Assembly (NCBI GenBank): GCA_963666735.1
Contig: OY762926.1
Span: forward strand, 1,600,001 to 1,664,000
Length of the DNA stretch: 64,000 nt
DNA from: Gemmatimonadota bacterium
Lineage (GTDB): Bacteria; Gemmatimonadota; Gemmatimonadetes; Palauibacterales; Palauibacteraceae
Direction: 5' to 3'
Position numbers and translations under genes: made by a program. Shown in pieces: positions 1 to 10,083 of this stretch (positions within the stretch are counted from its first letter, which is position 1; every line of letters begins with the position of its first letter). The notes beneath the pieces were generated by a model, which was not told the DNA's origin, searched no databases, and was given only the letters and a program-made list of their open reading frames with translations.

Positions 1-527
1 ACTTCGAGGAGGTGGCCGAGTTCGACCACCGGCCCGTCAAGTGCCGCAAGACGTACCGGATGGTGGTGGTGCGCAAGAACATCAGCGAGATGAGGGGCGA
101 ACTCGCCCTCATCGAGGAGATCCGCCACTTCTTCCACATCACCACCCGGAGGGACGTGAGCGCGGCCGAGGTCGTCCGGCTGGCCAACGCCCGGTGCGGC
201 CAGGAGAACGTGATCGCGCAGCTCAAGAACGGGGTGAACGCGCTGCGCGTGCCCGTCTACGACCTGGTGAGCAACTGGGCCTACATGGTGATGGCGGCCT
301 TGGCGTGGAACCTCAAGAGCTTCCTGGCGATGATGATGCACCTGAAGGCCGACCGCCGGAAATACACCGCCATGGAGTTCAGGCGCTTCGTCCGCGAGAT
401 GATCCTCGTGCCCTGCCAAGTCATCCGCCGCGCCCGCCGCACGACCCTGCGCATCATCGGCTGGCGGCCCTCGGTGGACCGCCTGTTCAGCACCTGGAAC
501 ACCATCGAGCGGACCGGCTTCACGTAG
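1..527 (+). mobile_element. IS1380-family DDE transposase, C-terminal part (truncated by window start)
   Basis: ORF with 'ANARCGQENVIAQLKNG' and 'DLVSNWAYMVMAALAWNLK', typical of the IS1380 C-terminus; frame open at window edge. Confidence 0.8.
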
Positions 528-734
528 CACCCGCCGCCGGGCCCGGCTCGCCCGAAGGCGTCAACCGCCTCCCCGGGGACCGGTGTCTCCCCGCGCAAAA
601 CGCCGGCCCCGCACCCTCCTTCCGCCGAGCGACAAACCCCGAATCCCCGCCTCGGAACCACGGAAACACGGCTTCCCGGCGGCCTCCTCCGCCCATAATC
701 CGCCGCCCGAAATCCAAGTGACGCCTCGCCAGCC

Positions 735-2714
735 CTACTCGCTTGTTTTAGGGCTAGCCGCGCCCTGCTTTGGAACTCGGAGTGATTGGATCCACTCCGG
801 CATCTCCGTCTGGCTGGCGGCATCGGCACTGCTCTCGGCACCGGTCACTTCCACCCAGTCGAACAGAGCGGTTCGGCCCACATCGCCTTCCATCACCAAT
901 GACACGAAAAAGATCTGCTCCAGGAGCGTGGCAAACGTCTCGTCCGGTTGCCCGCGAACCAGATCTGTACCCCCGGCGGCTATGAAGATTTCTTCGCCAT
1001 CCCAGCCGAGAGTAATCTCTGTCAGTTCATTGGGACCATCGTTGATGGCGTCGGAGTTACCGCTGAGATCCGCGAGCGGAAGCCACTCATCTTCATCATC
1101 ATCTCTCACCCACATGGAGAAGTTCGTCCCCCCTATGGGTCCAGTGTTGAAAGACATTAGTGGGTAGCGACGGATACCCGTGCCCCACCACACGCCTGCG
1201 AGACCATCGCGCTGGGCTCGGCCCATGCTCACGCGCAGCGTCCACGCAGACAGTGGGCTCTCCAGGTCGCGCGCTACCGCGCCGAAGAACTGGGCGCGGG
1301 TGTTGGTGACGCGCAGCACACCATCGACTATTGCGGCATCGGCATTATGTATCTGCCAATCGGCCAGACTGGCCGAGGATGTGAAATCGTCGCGGAACCC
1401 CGCGCCTCCGCCGGCCCTGACGGTTACCGTGTTCTCACTCCGGTAGCGTCCGCGGACGCCGTTGACCGACAGCTCTCCGGCCAGTCGATACTCGCCCGCC
1501 GCCGCCGTCGCCAAGTCGTACCCGCAGATCTGACCTGACCTCCGCGTTCCGGAAACCTGACTCCACTCGGAGCCGGCCGATACCTGCCATTCGGTCCAGT
1601 GGACCCGATAAGCCACGCCGCCGAGGTTGACGGAGCCGGCAGACAGACAACCTGTACCCAGGTTGATGCCTCCAATACTGAAGCCGCCGGCGGCGGTGAT
1701 CCTCAGCCCACTGAGCGGTACGTAGCCGGAATCGGAACGAACGGTGACTCCGGTCGACTGCGTGGCGGTCAGGCCTCCGGGATCGCGGGCCGTTACGGTC
1801 ACTGTTGCAGATCCGGCCGCCGTCCCTGCGATCGTCAGCGTGCTGCCCGACACGGACGCCGATGCGACGGCGTCCGCGGATGACGTGGCCGTGTACGTCA
1901 GCGCGTCTCCGTCCGGATCCCGGAAGTAGGTGGCCACGTCCAAGGCCGCCGTTTGCCCTGTGTCGACGGTCTGGTTCGGGATCGCCCCCACGGGCTCCGG
2001 CGCCCGGTTCGCTCTCGTGACCGTCATCGCGAAGCTCTGCGACGCCGTCAGGCCCGCCCCATCGTGCGCCATCACCGTCACGGCAGCCGTGCCTGCCGCC
2101 ACGCCCACCATCGTAAGCGTGCTTCCCGAGATGGAGACCGAGACCACGCCGGCGGCCGATGTTGTGGCGGTGTAGGTAAGCGCATCCTCATCCGGATCCC
2201 GGAAGTAGGACACTACGTCCAGGGTCGCCGCCTCCCCCGCTACCACGGTCTGGTTCGGAATCGTCCCCACGGGCTCCGGCGCCCGGTTCGGCGTCTCCAC
2301 CGTGACCTGGAAGCTCTGCGTAGCCGAGAGCCCGCCCGGATCCGTTGCCGTCACCGTCACGGTCGCGGTCCCGTCGGCCACACCCACCATGGTGAGCGTG
2401 CTACCCGACACGGAGACTGAAACGACCCCTGCGGTCGATGAGGCTGCCGAGTAGGCCAGCGCACCGCCATCGGGGTCCCGGAAGTAGGCGACGACGTCCA
2501 GCGTCGCGGTTTGTCCCGTCTCGATGGTCTGGTTCGGAATCGTACCCACCTGCACCGGGGCTACGGGCGGCGGTGGCGGCGGCGGTGGCGGCGGCGTCGG
2601 CGACGGCCCGGACCCGGAATCACCACCGCAGGCGCCGATGCCGACCAGAAACACGACAGCCGCGAGCGCAGTTGATGGAGTCCGGACGTTGGCCGGGATC
2701 ATGAATCGTTTCAA
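735..2714 (-). CDS. Lipoprotein with three tandem Ig/cadherin-like repeats and C-terminal beta-rich domains
   Basis: Signal peptide with lipobox IGA-C, poly-Pro linker, three ~93-aa repeats with 'YFRDPD', 'TATVTVTAxDxxG'. Confidence 0.8.
   Translation of the reverse strand: MKRFMIPANVRTPSTALAAVVFLVGIGACGGDSGSGPSPTPPPPPPPPPPVAPVQVGTIPNQTIETGQTATLDVVAYFRDPDGGALAYSAASSTAGVVSVSVSGSTLTMVGVADGTATVTVTATDPGGLSATQSFQVTVETPNRAPEPVGTIPNQTVVAGEAATLDVVSYFRDPDEDALTYTATTSAAGVVSVSISGSTLTMVGVAAGTAAVTVMAHDGAGLTASQSFAMTVTRANRAPEPVGAIPNQTVDTGQTAALDVATYFRDPDGDALTYTATSSADAVASASVSGSTLTIAGTAAGSATVTVTARDPGGLTATQSTGVTVRSDSGYVPLSGLRITAAGGFSIGGINLGTGCLSAGSVNLGGVAYRVHWTEWQVSAGSEWSQVSGTRRSGQICGYDLATAAAGEYRLAGELSVNGVRGRYRSENTVTVRAGGGAGFRDDFTSSASLADWQIHNADAAIVDGVLRVTNTRAQFFGAVARDLESPLSAWTLRVSMGRAQRDGLAGVWWGTGIRRYPLMSFNTGPIGGTNFSMWVRDDDEDEWLPLADLSGNSDAINDGPNELTEITLGWDGEEIFIAAGGTDLVRGQPDETFATLLEQIFFVSLVMEGDVGRTALFDWVEVTGAESSADAASQTEMPEWIQSLRVPKQGAASPKTSE
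1725..2561 (-). repeat. Three diverged 279-bp intragenic repeats (Ig-like units)
   Basis: Equivalent Ala codons at 2561, 2282 and 2003, spaced exactly 279 bp. Confidence 0.85.
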
Positions 2715-2852
2715 CTCGACACCTCTCCGGAACAGGCATGTCGATCAAGGAGTCCCGGGCGGTCCTACAACGAATTGATGAGGCTCCAGATGCTCGTCTC
2801 GTCAATCCTACCGCAAGGGTGAAGGTGAAGGTATGCGAGACACGCTGGGAAT

Positions 2853-2877
2853 GGTATCCCCTGTTTTGGGGACATCC
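2853..2877. promoter_or_regulatory. Imperfect inverted repeat, candidate regulator binding site upstream of the Ig-repeat lipoprotein
   Basis: GGTATCCCC-TGTTTT-GGGGACATCC directly downstream of the LuxR-type gene. Confidence 0.3.
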
Positions 2878-2890
2878 GGAGACTCGTCCG

Positions 2891-4042
2891 TTAGCGCCGG
2901 GATCCCGGCAGGGCTTCCAGCGACATGATGCGCCGCACGAGGTCCGTCTGTTTGTGAACCGCGAGTTTGCGATAGATTCGCCTGACGTGAGTGCGGACGG
3001 TGCTCTCGCCGCAGCCCAGCTCGACCGCGATGCCGGCAATCGTCTGGCCGGCCGCCAGATCCACCGCCACACGACTCTCCGCAGGCGACAACCCCAGGGC
3101 CGCGGCCGCAAACGCCGGATCGATCCGAGGTCGGGCCTCCGGATCGACGAGCAGCACGAGTACGGCAATGTCGCGCGCGCGACGACCGGCGCCATCTGTC
3201 CGTACGGGGCAGATCTCGAGGACCAGCGGTGTGCGAGTCTTCGCGCGCGTGATCTTCACGGAGCCCCCGGCGCCCTGAGCACCGTACGGAGTCAGGGCGC
3301 CGGCCAGCAAGCGCTGCAGTTCCGCGTTCTCCCCCGGCAGTCGGGCAACCAGCGTGCCCCCGGCGTCGCTGAGTCCGTCGCGTTTCAGCAGAATCTCCCG
3401 GGCTCGGTCGTTCGCTTCCAGGATCCGCCCGCGACCGTTCAGCTGAACAAACCCCGACCGTCCGTTCTCGAGCAACGCGGTGAGCGTCGCGCTCAGAGCC
3501 CCGGCGTTGGCCATCGCGTGCCGGACGCGCGCGAAGTGGCGCAGGTGAGGCGCGAGACGCCGGATGGTCCAGATCTGCCTGTGCCCCCAGCTTCCCTCCT
3601 CGGTGGAGTTTCCCAGGGACAGGACGACCGCACTCCCGTCCAGTCCGTCAAGCCCCACATAAAGACCTTTCTCGGTTTCGTTGGGACGCCGAAGTTCATT
3701 GTATACGACGGAGGTCTTCTTTTCCTGGTCCGTATAAAGATCCGATCTGTAGGCCAACTCTCCGTCGCGGAGTCCGTGGAGCCGCGGAATCGCTTCATCC
3801 CGCCAGTAATAGTCGCGAAAATAGAGTTCCTCATGATCGGCCCGACGTTCCCGGCCCACGAAGAACCGGCTCAGATAGACCTCCGGATTGTCCGGCGGAC
3901 TCGGGTTCGCATACGACAGGCTATGGCCGTTCGTCCCGATGACGTCGTTGATCGAGGCGGCCGCCGAGACCCACTTGCCATCCGTCAGCGCCGCTTCGTA
4001 TAGCAGCGCCAACGTGCGCTCGAAGGCATCCTGCGTGGTCAT
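2891..4042 (-). CDS. LuxR-family HTH transcriptional regulator with N-terminal sensory/PAS-like region
   Basis: C-terminal 'GLSPAESRVAVDLAAGQTIAGIAVELGCGESTVRTHVRRIYRKL'; probable ATG at 4042. Confidence 0.85.
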   Translation of the reverse strand: MTTQDAFERTLALLYEAALTDGKWVSAAASINDVIGTNGHSLSYANPSPPDNPEVYLSRFFVGRERRADHEELYFRDYYWRDEAIPRLHGLRDGELAYRSDLYTDQEKKTSVVYNELRRPNETEKGLYVGLDGLDGSAVVLSLGNSTEEGSWGHRQIWTIRRLAPHLRHFARVRHAMANAGALSATLTALLENGRSGFVQLNGRGRILEANDRAREILLKRDGLSDAGGTLVARLPGENAELQRLLAGALTPYGAQGAGGSVKITRAKTRTPLVLEICPVRTDGAGRRARDIAVLVLLVDPEARPRIDPAFAAAALGLSPAESRVAVDLAAGQTIAGIAVELGCGESTVRTHVRRIYRKLAVHKQTDLVRRIMSLEALPGSRR

Positions 4043-4225
4043 GCGGCGCCTACTTGAAACACGGCGTTCCGCAAACGCCTGCCGGCCGGAAATGATCACC
4101 TGCCGGCCGAGCCGCCGAGTCGATCCGGACGTTATCAGACACTCCCGTCCTCCCTTATTGGTTGGGCCAGCCCCCCATTCATAGGTGGACCACCGCGGGA
4201 ACGTCGTCAAGCGATGCCGGAGCCG

Positions 4226-5626
4226 TCAGTCCCGCCTGAGGCACCGCCGAGTGAAGGCGACGATCGCGAAGGCGGCGGCGGAGACGGTGAGGCCGATGAG
4301 CGTCCGGTCAAGGAGGGCGGGCGCATCCGCGGGGGCGAAGATGCGGACGGCCGCGAGGGCGGCAAGCCCGGCCCCGATGGCGGCCAGCGCCTCCGGCACG
4401 CCGGCGCGCCGTGTGTGCAGTCCGGCGGCCACCGGCACGAAGAGGCTCACGCTCAGGATCGAATAGAAGATCGTGAGCGAGGCGATGACGCTCTCCAGCC
4501 AGAGGGCGAGCAGCACGGCGAGGGTCCCGCCGAGGATGGCGGCGCCGCGCGCCACGCGCAGCACGTCCCTGTCAGGGGCTTCGGGTCTGAGGAATCCCTT
4601 GTAAAGGTCCTTCGAGAGAGATGTCGAGAGCATGAACAGCCCGGCGTCGGCCGAACTCACTTCGGCGGAGAACACCGCGGCGAGGCCCAGCAACCCGAGC
4701 GCCGGCGGGAGCGCCGTGGCGAGGAGCATGGGCAGCGCCTGCTCGCGGCTCGCGAGCGCGGGGTCGTAGACGCGGGCGATCATGCCGAGCAGGGTCGGCG
4801 CGAAGGCGAACAGCACGAGCCCGGCGCCGGCGGCGAGGAGCCCGATCCGGATCGCCCGGGGGCCCGTCGCTCCGTAGACCTTCTGCACCAGTCCGGGCGA
4901 GATGATGAAGGCCGGCGCGAGGAGTGCGATATAGACCCACCCGGATCCCCCGCCCTGCCACGGATTCAGGTAGTCCGGCGACGTGCGCGCGGCGGTGGCC
5001 TCGATGGCCGCCCAGCCGCCGATGTCGGAAAGCGCCCACGGGATCGCGATCGCGAACCCGGCGAGCAGCACGATGAGCTGGACCAGGTTGACCCAGGCCG
5101 ACGCCACGAGGCCGCCGGCGCTGAAGTAGGCGATGACGACGATCCCGCCCAGGAGCGCGCCGATCCAGCGCGGCGTGCCGGCGACGACCGAGACGATCTC
5201 GGCCATGGCGATGAGCTGCCCGGACACGATGGTGAGCGTGGCGAACCAGAGCAGGACGGCGATCAGCAGCCGAACGGAGCGGCCGTAGCGCAGGTCCAGG
5301 TAGTCGCCCATGGTGAGGAGCCCGTGGCGCGCGGCGACCCGCCAGATGCGCGGCCCGATCCAGACGGCGAGCAGGATCGTCCCGATGCCGGCCGAGCCGA
5401 CCCACCACCACGCGCTGAGACCGTCGCGATAGCCGAGTCCCGCAGCGCCCACCGTCGTGCCCGCCCCGAGGTTGGCGGCGAGCACGGTGGCGAAGAGGAG
5501 CACGGCCCCGAGCTTGCGGTCGGCCACGAAGAAGCTCCCCGTCGCGGCGACCCGCCGCCCGATCCACGCGCCCAGCGCCACGAGCCCCGCGGCGTACGCG
5601 AGCAGCACCCACAAGCCGACGGTCAT
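4226..5626 (-). CDS. Sodium:solute symporter (SSS) family transporter
   Basis: Highly hydrophobic multi-TM protein; 'FFVADRKLG', 'TMGDYLDLRYG', 'AAVFSAEVSSADA' motifs. Confidence 0.9.
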   Translation of the reverse strand: MTVGLWVLLAYAAGLVALGAWIGRRVAATGSFFVADRKLGAVLLFATVLAANLGAGTTVGAAGLGYRDGLSAWWWVGSAGIGTILLAVWIGPRIWRVAARHGLLTMGDYLDLRYGRSVRLLIAVLLWFATLTIVSGQLIAMAEIVSVVAGTPRWIGALLGGIVVIAYFSAGGLVASAWVNLVQLIVLLAGFAIAIPWALSDIGGWAAIEATAARTSPDYLNPWQGGGSGWVYIALLAPAFIISPGLVQKVYGATGPRAIRIGLLAAGAGLVLFAFAPTLLGMIARVYDPALASREQALPMLLATALPPALGLLGLAAVFSAEVSSADAGLFMLSTSLSKDLYKGFLRPEAPDRDVLRVARGAAILGGTLAVLLALWLESVIASLTIFYSILSVSLFVPVAAGLHTRRAGVPEALAAIGAGLAALAAVRIFAPADAPALLDRTLIGLTVSAAAFAIVAFTRRCLRRD

Positions 5627-5692
5627 TGGATCACCCGCGGCGAGCTTACCGGGGCGCGTTCAAGGCATGTGACATCCGAAGGAAGCAAGACG

Positions 5693-5872
5693 TCAGCTGC
5701 GTCCGTAGCGGGCCGCGTCCTCTTCGATCTCAAACGCCCTAGGCCGGTCCAGGTCGATGCCCGGACGGGGCGAGCCGCGCACCGTCACCAGGCGGAAGGG
5801 CTTTGGCTCGGAATCCTCGCGTCGCTTGGGCGCATCGTCCAGGGGGTTGGCGCTAAACGCACTCACACTCAT
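5693..5872 (-). pseudogene. Possible remnant of a VapB/CopG-type antitoxin (C-terminal part only)
   Basis: 'KPFRLVTVRGSPRPGIDLDRP' resembles antitoxin C-terminal tails; no N-terminal DNA-binding domain and no toxin next to it. Confidence 0.3.
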
Positions 5873-5945
5873 TCCTCGAGCCGCAGGTTCGCAACCTCGT
5901 CCACGTTTCGGACCGAGCTCATCCCGAATCACGCCGCAACGTGCC

Positions 5946-6422
5946 TTAGGGGCTTGAGAGTCCCTTGATCAACTTATCTCCGCACTTGATCAACCTCACG
6001 GCCTCCAGCTTGCCGTGACACCTGATGAAGTTACGGGACTTCTTGAGTTGCTGCCGCTCCGCTTTCGGCACGGAACCAGTCGCAGCGATGGGGCGAAACC
6101 TGAAGTCGCTTCCACTTGGGATGAGATCCTCCGCGACCGCCGCACCCGCCCGGAGCTGTTTGACGACCTGGGAGGTCTTCAGCGCCCCTCTCTTGCACTC
6201 GATCGGTGCAACCCAATCCGTGTTCCGGAAATCATCCGCTACAAAGAGATAATCGCAACGGCCGCCGCCGGGCCCCGTGGGCGCTTCCGGACGATCGAAG
6301 TCCAATACGAGCCGCTGGTCCGGGGCGCCGCCCAGCGAGACCCGGCAACCGGCCTTCACGAGCGACCCCTGCGCGACACACGTCGAGTCGAGACCCTGTC
6401 TCACCGAATCCACGAGCCCCAT
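5946..6422 (-). CDS. Small putative PD-(D/E)xK-fold nuclease-like protein (158 aa)
   Basis: 'RCDYLFV...WVAPIECKRG...VVKQL'; ATG at 6422 overlaps the TAA of the upstream ATPase (TAATG). Confidence 0.65.
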   Translation of the reverse strand: MGLVDSVRQGLDSTCVAQGSLVKAGCRVSLGGAPDQRLVLDFDRPEAPTGPGGGRCDYLFVADDFRNTDWVAPIECKRGALKTSQVVKQLRAGAAVAEDLIPSGSDFRFRPIAATGSVPKAERQQLKKSRNFIRCHGKLEAVRLIKCGDKLIKGLSSP

Positions 6423-7945
6423 TACGCCGGGCTGTTCGTCAGACCCGCCATGTCGGCCCACCTGTTGTGAACGTCCATTGCCACCTGCTCGTAGCCCGCT
6501 TCGAACGTTCCGGCGGCGTCCATCTTAAGCTCGGTGACATGCGCGCCATCACCTTCCTTCCCCTCGGGCGGATGAAACCGCCACACGCCGACGCGTTCAG
6601 GCGTTAGGGCGGCTTCGCCATGGTCCTCGACTTGAGCCCGGCGAACGAGATTCGCCAGTTCCTCGAGAACCCACTCGCTGTGGGTCGTGATCACGACGCG
6701 AACACCGGCTTCCACCAGCTCGGCAAGGCGACCGATCACCTCCACCTGCATCGCCGGATGCAAGTGAGCCTCGGGTTCCTCGACGATGAGCACGTCCCCG
6801 GGACGCACCAAGTGGCGTACGTAGAGAACGACCGGCGCCAGTTCCGACACCATCGACGATGCCTGCGTAAGGGGCAGATCGCGCTTCCAGCCGAGAGGCC
6901 GATAGAGAAACTCCGGGTAATCCGCGGCAACCGATTCCGTACGGACGGCACCTCGCAGAACGGTGCGTTCCACATTCTCGGCCAGCGCGGACATCTGACG
7001 GTACTGCGACTTGGACCGATATCGGGCTCGGCGGGGAATACGATCCAGGCTGAGTAGTTGATCCAGGAAATCTGCCATCACTCCAGGAAGAAGCGGTAGC
7101 TCGCCGACCGGGCGGAGGCCCGCGCTGGCCGCACTCCGAATCAGGGAACTGACGACCACGCGATGGCTGTGCATTACACCCGTGCGGTCGGCGGGGAGAT
7201 AGTAGATGGATTGTTGGAATGGATGCAGAAGCGAAGCGCGTATCGTCGACGTCAGCAATAGAAGTGCGTACTCCGAGGGCCAGTCGTCGTCACGACCCAC
7301 TGCCATGCGGAAGGGTCCGGACGGGTCGCGAAGATTAGTGACCACCGATTCCAGCACGTCGGGATCGGCGTCGCCTAGGAGCGGCGCTTCACCGTGAATC
7401 CGGCCCTTCAAGCTTGAGTTCTCACCGCGCACGCGGAGCGAGTAATCCAGAAATCCCGAGCGGCGCGGCCGGGGCACGCGAATGCCGATCCGCGCGGCGG
7501 CACGCTGGCCGTGGCGCACTAGATCCCGAAACGAATCCACGCCAAAGCACCAGCACGCCTTCTCCGTCAGATGCCTTTCGACGCCGGGAGCGTCTTCGAT
7601 TGACTGCCGGACCATTGAACGAACGGAATCGGGAAGAGGAGACGATTCCTCACCGTGATCGGGGAACAGCCAGTGTTGCAAGTCTCTCGCCGCGTCAGCG
7701 TCCAAGTTCGTTGCGATGTGCATCCGGGACACGAACGGAGTTCGTCCGGCTCGCTCACCGACCAATTCGTGGAACGAGCGGTGGAGGGCGTACAGCAAGG
7801 TGGCGAGATAGGACTTGCCGGTGTTACTGGGCCCCACGAACACAGTTAGGGGACGCAGGTCTACTTCGGCATCTCCGATGGGACCGAAGTTCGTCGCCTT
7901 GATCCGGTAGTCTCCGGGCGCATGCGGACTCGAACCGTCGCTCAT
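6422..7945 (-). CDS. ABC-type (AAA_15/AAA_21-like) ATPase
   Basis: Walker A GPSNTGKS, 'YLPADR', signature 'ASSMVSEL', Walker B/D-loop 'LIVEEPEAHLHP', H-loop 'ITTHS'. Confidence 0.9.
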   Translation of the reverse strand: MSDGSSPHAPGDYRIKATNFGPIGDAEVDLRPLTVFVGPSNTGKSYLATLLYALHRSFHELVGERAGRTPFVSRMHIATNLDADAARDLQHWLFPDHGEESSPLPDSVRSMVRQSIEDAPGVERHLTEKACWCFGVDSFRDLVRHGQRAAARIGIRVPRPRRSGFLDYSLRVRGENSSLKGRIHGEAPLLGDADPDVLESVVTNLRDPSGPFRMAVGRDDDWPSEYALLLLTSTIRASLLHPFQQSIYYLPADRTGVMHSHRVVVSSLIRSAASAGLRPVGELPLLPGVMADFLDQLLSLDRIPRRARYRSKSQYRQMSALAENVERTVLRGAVRTESVAADYPEFLYRPLGWKRDLPLTQASSMVSELAPVVLYVRHLVRPGDVLIVEEPEAHLHPAMQVEVIGRLAELVEAGVRVVITTHSEWVLEELANLVRRAQVEDHGEAALTPERVGVWRFHPPEGKEGDGAHVTELKMDAAGTFEAGYEQVAMDVHNRWADMAGLTNSPA

Positions 7946-8047
7946 CGCGCGTCTTGCTTACCCTTGCCGAACAAGGTGTCCCCTCCTTCGAGATGTCGGT
8001 GGACATAAACGTAGCCGGTTGGGGTGCGGCGCCAAAACCAGTCGGCG

Positions 8048-9154
8048 TTAGCGGCCCGCGAGGTCGGAGACCGACGGGAGGCCGGGGAGGCCCGTGGCGG
8101 TGCGGACGGCACGGAGGATCGCTTCCGTCACCACGTCCGCGGCGAGCGCCCCGATGCGGCTGAGGCCGCCCTCGTCCTCGTGCGTACCGGTGGCGAGGCC
8201 GAACAGGGTGTCGCCGTCGCTCGGGGTGTGGGCCGGATAGATCGCGCGGGCGAGTCCGTCGTGCGCCATCTGCGCGACCTTCGTGATCTCGGCCTTCGTG
8301 AGCGTCGCGTTCGTCGCCACGACGCCGATCGTCGTGTTCTCGACGGAGGCGTCCTCGCCCGGCGGCCGCACCTCGCCCGCCCGCAGCAGAACGCGAGCGT
8401 CGGCGAACCCCATCCCGTCCTCGCTGCGGACGCCCGCCACGATCTCCCCCGTGGCCGGGTCGATCACGTCGCCGACCGCATTGACCGCCACGACCGCGGC
8501 CACGGTGAGGCCATCCTCGAGCGTGATCGAGGCGGTGCCGATCCCGCCCTTCATCGCCCGGCCGCGGCCGCCGAGCTTCCCCACCGTCGCCCCGGCCCCC
8601 GCGCCCACGCTGCCCTCGGCGGGTGCGGCGGCGCTCGCCGCGCGGGCAGCCTCGTAACCGCACTCCGGCCCCGGGCGGGCGGACCCGCCGCCGACGCCGA
8701 GATCGAACAGGATCGCCGCCGCGACGATCGGGACGACATGATCCCCGGCCTGATACCCGATCCCGCGCTCTTCCAGATACCGGACCACGCCCGACGCCGC
8801 GTCCAGCCCGAAGGCGCTCCCGCCCGAGAGCACGATGGCGTGGGCTTCCTGCACGCTGTTGACCGGATCGAGGAGGGCGGTCTCCCGCGTACCCGGCGCC
8901 CCGCCCCGCACGTCGACGCCGGCCACGGCGCCGTCCTTCGCGAGGACGACCGTACAGCCCGTGGGCCGTTCCTCCAGAGTGAAGTGCCCCAGCGCGAGCC
9001 CCTCGACCGCCGTGATTCCGGCACCCGCCTCGATCCCGCCGCCCGCCGAATCCGATGTCTCTCGCATCTCCTGCGCCACACATCCTCCCGCCACGAGAAA
9101 TCCACCGAACGCCACGGCCGATGCGAGCGCGACGAACCGGCAGTTGAGTGTCAT
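8048..9154 (-). CDS. P1/S58 (DmpA-like) peptidase family protein, signal peptide
   Basis: 'VDVRGGAPGTRET', 'LSGGSAFGL', 'ENTTIGVVATNA', 'HTPSDGDTLF'. Confidence 0.9.
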   Translation of the reverse strand: MTLNCRFVALASAVAFGGFLVAGGCVAQEMRETSDSAGGGIEAGAGITAVEGLALGHFTLEERPTGCTVVLAKDGAVAGVDVRGGAPGTRETALLDPVNSVQEAHAIVLSGGSAFGLDAASGVVRYLEERGIGYQAGDHVVPIVAAAILFDLGVGGGSARPGPECGYEAARAASAAAPAEGSVGAGAGATVGKLGGRGRAMKGGIGTASITLEDGLTVAAVVAVNAVGDVIDPATGEIVAGVRSEDGMGFADARVLLRAGEVRPPGEDASVENTTIGVVATNATLTKAEITKVAQMAHDGLARAIYPAHTPSDGDTLFGLATGTHEDEGGLSRIGALAADVVTEAILRAVRTATGLPGLPSVSDLAGR

Positions 9155-9235
9155 ATGGTCGCTCCAACCCTGGATTAGCCGGGCGTGTCCACTACCGCTG
9201 CATTCGACGTGTCGGCAAGCCCGCCGAAGCAATGT

Positions 9236-9290
9236 AGCACGGATCCACCGTGCTGTGTGGCGAAGTGCTTGCAAGCATCGCCTGCCAGCA
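9236..9290. promoter_or_regulatory. Palindromic operator candidates upstream of the TA operon
   Basis: AGCACGG-atcca-CCGTGCT (9236-9254) and perfect TGCTTGCAAGCA (9266-9277). Confidence 0.4.
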
Positions 9291-9333
9291 CCAGTTTCCG
9301 CTTGTCGACAGCCTGTTTGGAGGAGCGGAGCGC

Positions 9334-9597
9334 ATGGGGAACACGATTACCGTCCGGGGCATCGATCCGGGTGACAAGGCCTGGCTTCGCCGGGAGGCCC
9401 GCGATACCGGCATTTCCATGGAGGAGTTCGTCCGCCGCCTGATTCGCGAGAGGCGGGAGAATTCCGCCGGCGAGACGAGACCTTCGGAAGTGTTCGAGAG
9501 GTACTTCGGGTCGGAATACGGGGTGGAGCTGCCCGAGCTTTCTCGCCACGGATACAGGCCGTTCGTGTTCGAGGACGAGTGCGAAGGTGAAGCGTGA
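9334..9597 (+). CDS. FitA-like ribbon-helix-helix antitoxin
   Basis: 'ITVRGID...LRREARDTGISMEEFVRRLIRE'; GGAG RBS; GTGA overlap with the PIN gene. Confidence 0.8.
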   Translation: MGNTITVRGIDPGDKAWLRREARDTGISMEEFVRRLIRERRENSAGETRPSEVFERYFGSEYGVELPELSRHGYRPFVFEDECEGEA

Positions 9598-10043
9598 GGC
9601 GACCCCTCCGATGGCTCATCGACACGAACGTGATCTCGGAGATGATGCGTCCGGCTCCCGAGCCGCGAGTGGCCGGGTTTCTCGACGGGATCTGGGCCCA
9701 GGGAGTCGGTCTGGCCTCCATCACGGTATGGGAGATCCTCAACGGAATCGGACGCGTGGACGCCAGCCGGCGGCGGGAACAGCTGGCCGAGCGGTTCCAG
9801 GGCCTTCTGGACGACCTCTTCCGCGAGCGGATCCTCGACTGGACGCTCAGCGACGCCCGCGCCTGCGCCCGCATCGTGGAATCGAAGAGGCGGCGAGGCG
9901 AACCGCTCGACGACCACCTGCCGGACGCGATGCTGGCGGCCGCGGCCGCGCGTCACGGCCTCACTCTGGTCACGCGGAACGAGCGGGACTTCCGGAACAC
10001 GGGCATCGAAATGGTCAACCCGTGGGCGGACGCGTCGGGCTAA
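9594..10043 (+). CDS. vapC: PIN-domain (VapC/FitB-like) toxin
   Basis: 'LIDTNVISE', 'DAMLAAAA', 'LVTRNERDF'. Confidence 0.9.
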   Translation: MRRPLRWLIDTNVISEMMRPAPEPRVAGFLDGIWAQGVGLASITVWEILNGIGRVDASRRREQLAERFQGLLDDLFRERILDWTLSDARACARIVESKRRRGEPLDDHLPDAMLAAAAARHGLTLVTRNERDFRNTGIEMVNPWADASG

Positions 10044-10083
10044 TCCACCGGTTGCATCGCCGCGTAACCGACCGCTACAGCCC

